Source: Amoebidium appalachense (taxonomy: Eukaryota > Protista > Ichthyosporea). Taken from it: a DNA stretch of 64,000 bases. A model generated the notes under the pieces. That model was not told where the DNA came from. It did not search any database and saw only the letters and a program-made list of their open reading frames with translations. Of the stretch, positions 32,618-45,569 are shown one piece after another. Position 1 is the first letter of the stretch, and each line of letters starts with the position of its first letter. A program made the translations under genes and the position numbers. The stretch covers positions 7,441,794 to 7,505,793 of the forward strand of contig CAVNZM010000010.1 of assembly GCA_963693365.1 (NCBI GenBank). Reading direction: 5' to 3'.

Positions 32618-33514
32618 TTATACTTTTTGGGCCTCTAGCTCGACCATGACGTGCTCCACAACGGCTTGTGCGAACGCTGCAGGCACACAGTTTCCAATCA
32701 TGCGCTTGCATGCTATGGTTTGGGGTACATGGTCGGTGACGTAGCCGAGGGGCAGGGTCTGCAGTAGTTCCCTTTCACGGTTAGACACCCATCCCACCTG
32801 CTTCATGTCCTTGTCAAAGTAGCGAAACACGTTGCTGGTGACTGTGTAGAAGCCAGGGTAGTCACCATCCAACCTCCTCCTCCTTTTGCCATACACGGGG
32901 TGGGCCACACGCCCCTGACTTAGGGTAGAGCTCGTGACATAGACGGCACCTTCTGGTGGGTTCAAGCACTCTCTCCACCCCATGGACGGTGGCCTGGGCG
33001 CCAGCGCTTGCAGGTCAAACCCACCGTAGCCAATGATGCGCTTGCGCAGCTGCGGGCAGCCGTACTGGCTCAGGTTTAGGACAGCATAGCTGACACCATT
33101 CTTTTCAAACAGGGCCTTGATTTCGGGTACGGGCACCTGCTCAATCGTGTAGGCATCGGGCTTGAAGGCCCGTATGACGTCAATGGCATACTGCACCAGC
33201 CTCAGCCCTTCCTCTACGCGTCGGTGCTTGTAGTTGACCACGCTCAGTTGGGTGCATGGTGGGCTTGCGTGGATGAGCGTGCAGTCGTGCGGCCCCATGG
33301 GAGGCAGCAAGGAGCGGAGTAGCTGCGCAAACTCTGCAGGAGGCACCGTGCCCAGCATGGTTTCCAGGTGCGTAGTGGTGGGGTGGTTGGCCTTGTGCAC
33401 TCTTAATGCCTCTGGCCAGCAGTCGGCTGCTACGGCCACGCTTGCCCCTGCCTTAGCAGCCCCACACGAGTAGCCACCCCCACCACAGAACAAGTCTACG
33501 AGATAGAGCACCAT
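32618..33514 (-). CDS. C5-cytosine DNA methyltransferase (Dcm-like, catalytic domain only)
   Basis: Motif I DLFCGGGG, IV ASPPCTQLS, VI EQV, VIII QLRKR, X IGNCVP. True start is MVLYL at 33514; the upstream extension is microsatellite. Confidence 0.93.
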   Translation of the reverse strand: MVLYLVDLFCGGGGYSCGAAKAGASVAVAADCWPEALRVHKANHPTTTHLETMLGTVPPAEFAQLLRSLLPPMGPHDCTLIHASPPCTQLSVVNYKHRRVEEGLRLVQYAIDVIRAFKPDAYTIEQVPVPEIKALFEKNGVSYAVLNLSQYGCPQLRKRIIGYGGFDLQALAPRPPSMGWRECLNPPEGAVYVTSSTLSQGRVAHPVYGKRRRRLDGDYPGFYTVTSNVFRYFDKDMKQVGWVSNRERELLQTLPLGYVTDHVPQTIACKRMIGNCVPAAFAQAVVEHVMVELEAQKV

Positions 33515-33569
33515 TCTCACACACACACACATACACACACACACACACACACGCACACAAAAAAACCAT

Positions 33570-33715
33570 GCCCCACCAAAGACATGCACCCCCTCCCCCC
33601 CCCCCCCTCTCCCCAAGACATGCACCCCCCCCCCCCCTCTCCCCGAGACATGTACCCCCCCTCCCCCCTAAAGACATGTACCCCCCCCCCCCCAAAGACA
33701 TTACTTCCCCCCCCC
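33570..33715. repeat. About five copies of (A/G)AGACAT-x-x-A + C-tract motif
   Basis: AAGACATGCACCCCC, GAGACATGTACCCCC etc. at ~30-bp spacing. Confidence 0.75.
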
Positions 33716-33730
33716 CCCTCCCTCTCCGTT

Positions 33731-34072
33731 CTACTTGCATAGTCTCTTGCATATAAAGTCTTTGCCCTTCCCCTTATACTCACGTGTTGCACCCCTTAGA
33801 GCTTTTGTGCCGTGTTTTCCTATGAAGCTAAGTGCACTTGGCCCGTACTGTTTCATGGCACCTGCAGGATTCATGGCAAACTCTGCTACAATAGGCAGCA
33901 TTTGCATGCTGTTCATCTTACCTAGGTTTTTTATTTCCGGAGATTGATCCATATAATCTAGCGCTTTGCTCCCTGCATTCAAAGCAAACTTCTTGGCCGT
34001 GCTCCAGGCACGGCCACCTACAGATCCCCAGAACTTCCTCTTAGACTTTGAAAACTTTTCACCAAACCCCAT
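33731..34072 (-). CDS. Small basic amphipathic protein (113 aa)
   Basis: MGFGEKFSKSKRKFWGSVGGRAWSTAKKFAL…. Confidence 0.65.
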   Translation of the reverse strand: MGFGEKFSKSKRKFWGSVGGRAWSTAKKFALNAGSKALDYMDQSPEIKNLGKMNSMQMLPIVAEFAMNPAGAMKQYGPSALSFIGKHGTKALRGATREYKGKGKDFICKRLCK

Positions 34073-34180
34073 TCTATCACGTGTTACCTATAGCCTGCTA
34101 ATTATTTTGGCACCAACATTCATGCATACATGCTAGCCTAGGTCCTTCGTGCATGACATACTACTCCTACTACTATCCAC

Positions 34181-36708
34181 CTAGAACTCAATCTCCTCCC
34201 CAGCCCACCCAATGGGGTAGGTGCGGATGCCGTTGCTGGTGCACACTACCCCCCGCTTGTCGAAGGCCCCTGACTGTGTCTTTGTGGTGTCCTTGTTCAC
34301 GATCACGTTGGTGAGGTAGATGCCCTTCTCCCTCGTGATCTTGTCCTTGTACTCGACCGTGAAGGCATCCACCTCACCTGCCACCAACCTGTGCAGGTTC
34401 TGTAATGTGATGATGTCTGTGGCCCGGCGGGAGAGGGTGATGCCTTTGACCTTGACGTCCATCTTGCCGTCCCTGCAGCGGTACGCGTACGTCTTGGGGG
34501 CCACATTGACAAACTCCACAATGGGTGAGTCTGTCTCCTCCTTCCAATTGCCCAGCAGGTCCCCGTTCTCGGTGCTGATGGTGTGGCTGAGGTGGGGCTT
34601 GCTCTTGTCGTAGTAGTAGACAATGGAGTCGGTGTCCATGTAGACCACCTGTTGAGGGCTGAGGGACTTGAGGGTCCGGAAAAGGTGCAGGCGTGCGTGC
34701 GCAGTGACGTAGGTGCCGATGGCAATGTTTGCGTAGGAGGGGGGTGGGGCTGTCTCCCGCTTGTGCCGGTACTTGACGGCCAGCCTGTTGTTGCCAACCA
34801 CCTGGATGTCCAACACTTGCAGGTTGGGGTTGTCGATGAGCCTCATCATCTTCTCCGGGCAGTCGATGTACTCCACCCACGGCGTGTCCATGCCTGCCCT
34901 TTGCACCAGCTTGCCCCACAGGCTGTTGAGGAACAGTTTGCTAATGGTGCGCAGTGCAGCGTTGGGCCTGAACTCGTCCGGCACGATGGTGATGTTGTAC
35001 TTCTCCAGCTGGGCCTGGACGACTCGGAGGGCGGGCACCTCCTCGGGCTTCACCTTGGTGGACACCAACTTGAGCTTGAGGAAGGTCTTGACGTAGTCTT
35101 GGAACAGGTGGGTGGACGTGTTGGGGTAGTGCACCACATCGTACACCTCTAGCAGCGTGTAGCCCTCGTTCAGTGCCTCCTTGATCTCCTCTGTGGTCCA
35201 TGTGCCCACGAAGGCCCTCTCCTCGTCCGTGTGTGTACACTGCGCGTGCTGCCTTGCCTGCGTCATGCACTCCCTGTCCCCCACCTCCCCTTGCAAGGCG
35301 CTGCATCCCTTGGCGCACAGCCTGCACTCTGGGAAGGCCAGCTTCTCGGATCCCTGGGCGCCGCTCATGCGTACGGGCAGGACAGGGATGAAGCACCCCC
35401 TCTTGCACGCAATACGCACGCGCGCCATGCCAAAGTAGTTGCCTGCCACCAATTCACGTTGCAGCTCGCTTGCGCTCACCACCTTGGCTTCGGGGAAGTC
35501 GTTGGTGCTGATGTCCAGGGCCGTTAACCACACTGGCTTGCCCACAGGCATGCGTTTGTCAAACATGACAAAGGGGTAGAGGGAGGTGACATCCACATAG
35601 GCCATGCCGACGTTGGGGTCGTGCTCGTCCACCTTGAGGTACCGGGTCACCACCTCCGTGCGCCCACCAAAGAAGGCCTCACGGATCTGCACCGGGCCCG
35701 TGGGCTTGGGGGCCAGCCGGCCCGTGTCCCCCCTCCGCATGTTCTGCTCGGCAATGGCCCGCTTCACCTCAGGTGTGTGTCTCTTGGCCTCCCAATCACA
35801 CTCCCACATGCTCTCCACCCTGTGCCCCCTCTCCCTGATGAAGGCCTCGTGCTGCATGGTGAGCTTGTGGCAGCTCTTTGCCGTCCTGCTCGTGACTCTT
35901 GCCGTGATGTCTGCATCCTTGTTGCACCTGGGGCAGCCGTGGAAGGCGCACCCATGGAAGAAGTAGTAGGTGGTGACGTTCTGCTCGTTGGAGTGCGCTG
36001 CATCGGCCCTGAAACGTGTGCCCTGCCCCTGCCTGTGGTTCTGGGTGGTGAAGCCGGTGACTGGGTGTCGTTGTATGTCGTCTGGCCCCTTGCCCAGCTG
36101 GTGTGTGATGTAGTCAACGTACTCCTGCTCCTTCTTGCTGGTGTTGATGTTGCCCATGGCACGGTCCCTGTGCACGGGGATGTCCTTGGGCTTGGCATGG
36201 GTGATCCAGAAGTGGAGGGAGAGGGAGGCCAAGGTGACGCAGGTGAAGGGGTCGATGTTGGTGAGCTGCACGAACTTGGTCTGGAAGTTCTTGACCACTT
36301 GGCGCAGCAGCTCGACGTCCTTCTTGCAGTACTCGATGCATTCACCGAGTATGTCATAGCACCGGTCGGCAGGCAGCCCCTTGCTCTCCTGGGCCACCTT
36401 CTCGGCCTGGTGCCAAGGCTTGAACTCCTTGACGTAGTAGCGCTCACGCATGTCTGCTGACCCGAACTCCTCCTCCGCAGGGAAGGGGATCATGCCGGCC
36501 TTGAAGTTCTCAAAGGTGGCTGCCCGGTGGGGGAAGTGGCCCTTGGTCTCCTCACACCCCATGGCCTTGCCAGCATCGTCCAGGCGCATGGTAAGGAAGT
36601 TGTACGTGTCCACAAACATGATGTCCACTGCTGTCTGCACGTTGCCCTTGCCCTTCTCCCTCTTCCTCTTCCTCCCACCACCCTCTGCCTGCTGGGTGTC
36701 CTCGTTGC

Positions 36709-36770
<62 letters not shown>

Positions 36771-39563
36771 GCATCGGGCTGGGGCTGGGGCTGGGCTGGG
36801 GGTGCTGAGGTCTGCCGTGGCTTCTTGAGGTAGTGGGTGATCCTGGCCGTCTTGATCTTGGAGTTGGAGAGCACTGGGCGGTAGATGTAGTCGCTCTCAC
36901 CCACCACCCGCTCGGTGATGAAGTGGAAGTCGAAGCCACCCCCGTTGTGGCAGAAGACGCGCGCGCCATGGTGGCGTGGGTTGTTGAAGATGTAGTCGTT
37001 CACTTGGTCAATGACGTTAAACTTGTCGTCCCGCAGCACATCCCACATGTTCTTGCCGGCCTGCTCGTCGGCAGGGGAGGGCTTGGGCAGCAGCACCACG
37101 GGCTCGGAGGGTTGGCCGGGCAGGGGGTCGACCAGGTTGACGACGGCCATGTACACCACGTGGCGCACCTTCCTGTCCTCGGGCTGGCTGCCCTCCTCGG
37201 CCACCGGCATTGTCTCAAACTTTGAAGTCGAGGACAATGTCGGACACTGGCCTCCTCGTCTGCTTCCACGCGCTGCTGCTGTTGGGGGGCAGGTGGTGGG
37301 GGCACACGTGGTCACCGGTGGGCATGGCATCGTCGTCTAGCCGTGGCTGACGTGCAGGTGGGTCCTCCCCCTCCTCCTCTTCCTCCCCTTCCCCCCCTCC
37401 CCCTCCCCCTCTTCCTCCTCCTCTGCTGCTGCTGCTGCTGCTGCTGCCCCCCTTGCGTGTGTAGCAGGCCAGCCGGTCACACCCCTCCACTGTGCACATG
37501 TACACGGGTTCGGCCGGCCGCTTGCTGCGTATGTAGCAGGGGTGGTCAATGGGCATGTAGCCACCACAGCCTGGGCAGTCCACGTCGCTGCATGCGTGCT
37601 GCTTCCATGTGTCGTCCTTTGGCTTCTTGCCCCGGCCCTCCTCCTCCTCCTCCCCCTCCCCCTCCCCCTCGTCATCTCCCTCGAAGAGACCCTCCCCCCC
37701 AAAGAGGTCCTCCCCCTCCTCCTCCTCCTCCTCCTCCTCCTCTGTGTCCATGGGCATGGCATGGCCGTGCTGCCCATCAGCCCCCTCCTGCTCCTGCTGC
37801 AGCTGCGCGCGCAGTTGGCGCACGCGCGCGTAGCGGTACTTGAGGTGGTACCTGCCGGCCGGGTTGCCCGTGAGCACTGTGCCCGTGGCGCTGCACTTGC
37901 TCATGATGCCGTGCACGCACGTGTCCCCCCTGCACCAGAACACACGGTCGCACGTCTGACCCTTGTGGTTGTCCATGCAGGTCTTGGAGGGGAAGATGCC
38001 GTTGCAGCCCGCGCATGTGTACGGCCAGCCCTCCTCCCCCAGCTCGGCCAGCTGCCGGCGCCGCTCCATGGTCCACTGGCATGCCCCGGCAAAGTCGGTG
38101 AGTGACCCCTTGTTGCCGCAGTTGTCGCACTGGTTGATGCATATGTGCGCGCCGTACTTGTCCCGCCTGACGGTCCTGTTGCAGTAGAAGCATGTGGTGT
38201 ACTGACGGTGGAGGCTGCCTTCGTACTTGGCCAGGTTCAGCCGTTCGTAGACATGGCTCACGTGCCTGACAATGGGCACGTAGTGGCGCAGCTTGTGGAA
38301 GTAGGCCATGTAGATGGTGCACAGCTGGGCAGGGGGTATGCCAGTGCTCATCTCACCGAACCTTGCCAGCAGGAGGCCCTTGCTGTCCCCGCCCAGCAGC
38401 ACGAGGCGCAGCCGGCCACTGTGGCCCTGGTCATGCAGCGCCTGGTTGAGCTTGGACACGGCCACCTGCAGCTGATGGGGGGTCAAGCCGAACTGGCCAG
38501 GCAAGGGCAGCTCGTACTTGTTCTGCAGCACATGGGCTGCTCGGGCCAGCCGGCGCAAATAAAGATCGGGGTGCTTGACTGTGTGGCGTGTTTTGGGCGG
38601 CAGCACGAGGCTGCACACCCTGCATGTTGCCCCGGTGCGCGTGTTGGTGTGGGTGCCGGTGCCGAGCACTTCCTCGGCCGTCAGCAGCTTGCATAGGATG
38701 TGGTTGTCCGCACGCCTGCGTAGATCTGATCGTTGCATGTCTGTGGGCAGTTTGTAGCTCTCGTTGGCGTTGGCCGGCTGCTTTACCCAGTGCGCCGCAC
38801 CGTACACCAATGACACCAGCCCGCACCATGTGCCGGCCACCTGCCTCAGCACGGGTTCATCCCCCCTGTGCTCCCCCACGTCCACCCCGGAGGGCGGCAC
38901 GTTCACAGCCATGCCAACCATGGTGCCCACGTCGGGCACGTCGGCCTTGTGCTCCATGCGCGCCACGCCCCTGAAGGCAGCGCTGTCTGCACCCCGCTCC
39001 AGACTTGCACCCCCGCACCCCCCGCTGGGCTGCAGGTCCGATCGGCGCACGATGGTGAGGTGCACCTGGGATGTGTTGTCGATGTAGGTTTCCGCTGCGC
39101 TCTGGGTGCGCTCACGTATGCTCTCCATGAACTTGAGCACAATGGCGGCCACGTCACCGTCATATTCGGTCAGCCCGCCCGCTGTGAACACACGGGTGCC
39201 TGCCTGCACGTCCTCACCCTCTGATCCCTCCTGCATGGCCACCCCCTGCCTCTCCACGCGCATGCTCAGGATGCGCATGAGCAGGCGGTCGCCAGGCACT
39301 ACCCCGGCCCGGCTTATGGCGTCCGTGATGATGGCCGTGAAGAAGTCGGGGAACTCGGTCACGTCCAGGCGTCGGTTGACGCGGTAGTCGTACACCATGG
39401 AGCGCACGCCCAGCCCTCTTGCTTGGTCGTTCTCAGTGTGTGACTCCAATCGCCACATGGGTGGGCGGCCGGCCGGTGGGGGGTCCAGCCTGTCCATGAT
39501 GTCCAGAAACTCGTCAATGTTAGCGTCCCAGTAGGGATCCGCGGCATAGTCCTGAGATGCCAT
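34181..39563 (-). pseudogene. polB: Protein-primed family B DNA polymerase (~1790 aa when repaired) with N-terminal TP/vOTU-like/Zn-finger region and Vsr-like nuclease insertion; frameshifted in ExoI
   Basis: ExoI IVLD|FET split between ORFs 37215..39563 and 34181..37330; ExoII HNGGGFD; ExoIII YCKKDV; YVDVTSLYP, KLFLNSLWGK, YMDTDS, APKTY, KVKGI; FHGCAFHGCPRC…WECDW insertion. Confidence 0.95.
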
Positions 39564-39625
39564 GGCTTAAAGTTTTTGTTTGCGTTTCAGTCTTTTGCAC
39601 ACAAAAAAAGAAGCCGTAAGCCGCC

Positions 39626-39777
39626 CTTTTTATAGTTTTTTTTTCCCGCCTTCCAGAACGCCCCGTGCATGCTCGTGTATGCTGGATGTGTACGGATATT
39701 GGCGACAAAAGAAAAAAAAAGCCGCGGTGCGTTATTGACCAATAGGAACTCGGTTGCGCTTTTTTAGGTCCGCCAAT
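39626..39777 (-). promoter_or_regulatory. Putative Pol II-type promoter of polB (two CCAAT boxes + TATA)
   Basis: Inverted counterpart of 1171-1325; TATA lies ~70 bp upstream of the polB ATG. Confidence 0.6.
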
Positions 39778-39940
39778 GAGACGCCTGCTCGAAACATTCT
39801 TTTGATCTGGGACTGTGCATATGCAGCCGCGGCGTTTTCCACGGCCGCGACGGCTTTCTCCCGGCCGCGGTGCCACGTGCGCCAGGCACGCGTGTGTGTT
39901 TGTTTTATTATTTATTTATTTATTTACTTACTTAAAGCCG

Positions 39941-40169
39941 ACACGTGCAGGTACACCCACACGTGCACAGTGGGCCGGTCCGGCCCGCACCGCCAGCTAA
40001 CAGCTCCAGTGCACATATGTGCCCCTGGCCCGGCCCAGCCGGCCCTGTACCGGCAGCATGGCCCGTAAGCCACCGGGCAGCCAATCAAAATCCGTAGAAG
40101 GACAAATACACGAGCCGCGACCCCTCTGTCCCGGGAGACAAAGCACGGAAATGAGACCCTTATTGTAGT
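39941..40169 (-). repeat. Right terminal inverted repeat (229 bp)
   Basis: Reverse complement of 587-816. Confidence 0.97.
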
Positions 40170-40174
40170 CCTCT
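40170..40174 (+). repeat. 5-bp target-site duplication CCTCT, right copy
   Basis: Directly follows the right TIR; the next ~40 bp match the empty site at 44208-44243. Confidence 0.93.
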
Positions 40175-41044
40175 GTGCACTCTGCTCCCTTAGACCCGTA
40201 CAAAAAACAACAGTGGCGCATAGCTCCGTTTTTCCAGACTCAAACTCCGGCCTGCCCAAAAACAATATGCTTAAAAACACCAACTAGTACTATTCTACGC
40301 AGTCTTGGGCCACGGCCCACTGCTGTGTATGCAAGTTGTAGATGGAGCCGCAGCAATCTCACCAAACAAAAGACAAAAGCAAATGCGTGCAAGCGAGTTT
40401 ATAGTCGCCTGTTTCTTTACACCAAAACTTGCCAACGGTTGTCTTTGACGACCAGCTGCTGTCTAGGAATCTTTGCTACTAAATGCGCGCGAGTGGTTGC
40501 ACTTGACCGATACTTGGAAGTCTTTTTCTTGTTTGTTGTGACCGTTAGGCCGCACATGGCATCACATTGATTCGGGCCGGGTCAAATTGGCGTAGTTGGG
40601 AAGAATTCCGGACGAAATTGGGAATATATTTAGACCTCATTACAGTCTACCAATCAGAATAGCTTACTTAATTCGTGATCGGGGATCATCGGGAGCCGGA
40701 TTCGCACTTTTTTTTGCTGTGTATCTAAATACTTCGCTTGATTCATCAAGCTCTATTTAGAGATGTATTTAGGCCAACTGATTGGTTGGAATAGGGTTCC
40801 AACAATCAGTGGCCACTAGGGAGCCGACTACTATGGTATATAGGCGGCGACTCGTTCTACTCGTCTTAGCTTTGTTTCCCCATCGGCCCCTACTTAGCCC
40901 CACCCACCCGCCCGCGCTGTGTTGCATTTCCCCGTCTTTAGCTAGTCTCTTGCTGATTGGCTACGGCACACACACACACACAGGCACACACCCACACATG
41001 CACACATACATGTACACACACACACACACACACACACACACCGT

Positions 41045-41117
<73 letters not shown>

Positions 41118-43385
41118 ACACAAACACACATCAGCAATCTTGTTGCGGCATCCAAAAGCTGTCGTAAACTACCCGACGACATCGGAAACCCCTCAACACC
41201 TCCAAAACTAACCCCAAATACATATCATTGCTCCCCGACGTCCAATGGATGTGTCGTAATCTGCTCGATCCGATACCCGATGCACCAATGGATGTACATA
41301 GAACCCCGCGAGTGCATATCCAATGGGTGTGCAATGTAGCCATCTAACCGACGTGCAATAGATCCAACATACGACGTCCAGTCGGTGGGTATATGACGGC
41401 GGCCAGGGGGCATTCAGACAGTCGTAACACCGTCTACGGGAGGATCAGAACGCCACCCTGTGGACGATCTTATGCATGTCTATGGTTTGATGTAAAGCCA
41501 TATAACGGAGCACTGTAAACGCATCGAATGTATGGTATTAATACCCTCTTGATCAAATATGTATGACTATCACATGTATGTCTATCGTTTGTTGTAAAGC
41601 AATGCAATGGAGCACTGCAAAACCATTCAGTTGATTATAAAAATAGATCGAAATCCAATCGTTCAGACGCCCTTTCCGACATCCGAATCACAACCAGTGG
41701 ATATACCATGGGTGGGTTTGTGCTAACCCATGACATATCATAAGATGTGATTTGCATCCTACTACAGATTACATTACGATGTTGTAAACAGATGTATAGG
41801 AGGACATTACGACATATAATGTAGATGACGCATATTAATACATTTGACGTCGTAACGTACACTTGCATATGTTGTAAGGGTGTGCTATGCACATGCACAA
41901 TGTGCTTTTTGGTGCGTCATAAACCCATCCTTACATGCATAATGGCATGTTCAATGTATGATAATGATATCATACATCATACGTCATAAAATCACTGTAA
42001 GGACACATACAGTATGACATCAGACGGCAAGAAGAGCGCATAAAGATGTTTCTTTGCGTCTCGCTCCACAGGAGCAGAGACGGATACCATATGTACTTTT
42101 TTGTCTCGCTCCACTGGAGCAGAGACCACGCCTGACAGTTTGTTTTTTCTCACAACTTGTTACAAATTTTTAAGTCTCGTTCCACAGGAGCGAGACTGCA
42201 ATACAACAAATTTCTATGTCTCGACTCCGGAGTCTGCTCCAGACTGCACTAGACACCAAAACATATCAAAAAAAGAAGAAAAAAAAGAGGGTGGGGGGGG
42301 GGGGGGGGGGGGGGGCTTCTATCATCCCACTAGTCCTCATCCTCATTCTCCCCACCCTCATCTCCTTCCTCCCCCCAGCCGGGAGGGGGGGGGGGGGGGG
42401 GGGGAAGGAGTATAAAAGAGCAGCAACGAACATAAACAAAACTCAAAACAAGCAAACTATTATGCGGGTTTCTCCCAACATCATTAAACTAAACACATGC
42501 TAATCCCTTGACAGAAGAGTAACAAGGTGTGTGTGTATGTGTATGAGGCCCAAAAAAAAAAAAAAGGACGCCCAACATGACAATATAAGGGGGGCACTCT
42601 TACACCAAACCATACCATACCAAATGCCGGCAGAGTAATTAACAGGACAAAGAGCCGGTACCCACCTATGGGTGCTAAACATGCACATGATCATTCATGT
42701 GCTATAAGAGCAACACAGAAACGAAACACGGAAACAACAGCAGCCATAGGACAAAGAGCCCCAGACCCACAGGGTCTTGCCTCCATACTTTATTTACCTT
42801 AACAGGACAAAGAGCCGGTACCCACCTATGAAACGAAAAACGGAAACAACAGCAGCCATAGGACAAAGAGCCCGGACCCACCTCTAGATGATAACGTAGC
42901 CTTATAGCTGCTGATGACTTCATGGGCCAACCTTGCCAAAACCTGTAAAGGAACTCGAGCTAAGAATTAGCTCATCCTACTTGCGAGAAGTGGGGGGGAG
43001 GGGGGGGGGGGGGGGGGGGGGGGGACTGAGGGGGCTGACTGAGAGTGGCAAAAAAAGAGTCGACAGAACCAACCTCAAACATAGTAAGGACGGAAACCCG
43101 GACCAGAACTTATGAAGTCTAGAGAAGCAGAAAATAGCTTGAACGATCGGTGGAGGGGATGATAGCTATAGTGCTAACAGCAAAAGTAGTGCCCACAGTC
43201 GCTGGTTCATGAACGTGAAAGGCAACGTGCATCTGCAGCCAGCAGACACACGCACACGCACGCACGCACACACACACACATACACACACACACTGTTGGA
43301 ATACGTCACCATGTATGACAGCAAGAGCCTTGAAGTATGTATGTGTCTTAGCTTGTTTGTATTCGTGTCTGCTTTCCTTCTTTGT

Positions 43386-43515
<130 letters not shown>

Positions 43516-44838
43516 TATCTCTCTCTCCCTTGTTTCTGTGGGCACAGATATCTGTAGATCTGTGCACACCTAGCTCTCTTGCCTGATAAGAACTTATTGT
43601 ATTTTATTTCTGTTTGCTCTCCTCTGTTTATCTGAGAGGTAGCGTGATTGGCTAGCTTCACTCGTTGTCTTTCCTTTATTTCAAAATGGCTTAGTTTTGT
43701 TCTCAAAAGGATGGCTCGCCAATAGTCGCGAGCGAGCACATCTGTAGATCGTGTTGTGCATTCCTGTCTATTAATATATGTGTGTTGTGATTGGACAATA
43801 GATATATATGGAATTCGGTTTATTGCAAAGTGTCTTCACTTTGAGAGTGTCGACTATTAGGAAATATATGTATTTAAATAAGTTTCTTCATAGAGACGAA
43901 CATAAATATATATGTGAGTTAATAGTGACTAGATGTATAATTACTTAATTTATTTAAGTAAGAGTTTCTAAACTTTAGTTTAATCGGAAGTTGGAATGCG
44001 TATGCTCTGTCGGAATGTGTTTTTCTATCTTCTGATAGAACCGATTGGTTCTCCCTCTTTAGTTGTGATAAGATGATAAGTCGCAAGTACAAAAGGAACC
44101 GAGAGCTCAATAAAGAATCAGTTGTTCTTTGAAATCTTTCAATGTCTCGTGAACAACTCCGATTGCCCTCTCATTAATGTGTTAGTCGTGTTTTACATGA
44201 CACCTCTGTGCACTCTGCTCCCTTAGACCCGTACAAAACAACACACACACACAGACACAGACACAGACCAGACAGACAAACGCCATATGCACAAAAGCAG
44301 GCAACACAAAACTAACCTTCAAGAAGAAGCTGCAGCATGCAGCATGGTCCAAAACAATCAGCACGGTGGCTGCGCGATCTGCGGAGGGGATCTGTGACCA
44401 GGCGCTGCGGGAAGGGAACTGCGACCAGGCGACCTGCGGGAAGGGACCTGCGACCAGGCGACCTGCGGGAAAGGACCTGCGGACCTGCGGGAAGGGGGAA
44501 GAGAAATGGAGAAAACAACGTGCGTACAGGCTTAAATGGAGAAAAAATTGCAAACCGGATTGGGATTTAGCCAATCACTATTCGCCGCGCCTGATTAGGA
44601 AAAAGATAAAAATAGATTTCGGCTCGCGCGCGCGCGTGCATCAGCTTGGTGCCCTTAGCGCTACCCTTAGTGCCCTTAGTCACAACTATCAGACTATAGT
44701 TACGTGTCCTCCACTTCTTTGTTCTTGACCATTTTTTCGGCATGAAAGGGTTTCTGTTACTTCTTGCTGTCCTTCTTAGCGTGCTTGCTTGTCTTTTTTT
44801 CAACATGGGTGTCACTGGCGCTTTCGACTTCTTTGAAA

Positions 44839-44890
<52 letters not shown>

Positions 44891-44912
44891 GCACACACAC
44901 TCACACATGCAC

Positions 44913-44948
<36 letters not shown>

Positions 44949-45569
44949 CGCACACACACAGGCACGCACACACACACAGGCGCACACCTACACAACACAC
45001 ACAGCACATGCACACACAAGCGCACACACGCACACACCCTGTTATCCCTGATCATGATGCCCCCTCCCCCCTCCCTCTTCCCCCCCCCCGCACCCCCCCC
45101 CCCCCCCCCCACCCACCCCACCCACCCACCTACAAAGACGAAAACATTGTACATGTATTGCATACACAAATATACTCGCACATATACATACACACATTCA
45201 CTTTAATCTTTTAGGCTACATGTGCAATATACATTAATTATGCACAGTCGATAGAATTCGTTGTGAACCCCCCCCCCCCCCCCCTCCCCCCTCCTCGTTC
45301 CCCCCATATGCAATGGGGATAATATTGTTTCCCGCTATTAATTAAAAAATCACCGTTCTAACTTCCTTTATAAGACCGAACCACTTGTAACACCGACAGT
45401 TTCGGTTGTGTGGAACCCCCCCCCCCCCCTCCCCCCCCCCCCCCCCCCCCCCCCCCCAACCCACCCACCACCTTACCAATATTGAGGTGTACACTGCCCC
45501 CACATCCCCAACTGTGTGCTGAATATCCCGTGCTAGGAAACCAATAACGTGAAAGTAACACATGCCGCA

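Noticed and set aside
34303-39387. Numerous overlapping and antisense ORFs over polB (likewise 10641..11684 and 17269..18444)
   Set aside because: Shadow ORFs caused by GC-rich codon bias of the real genes; no motifs.
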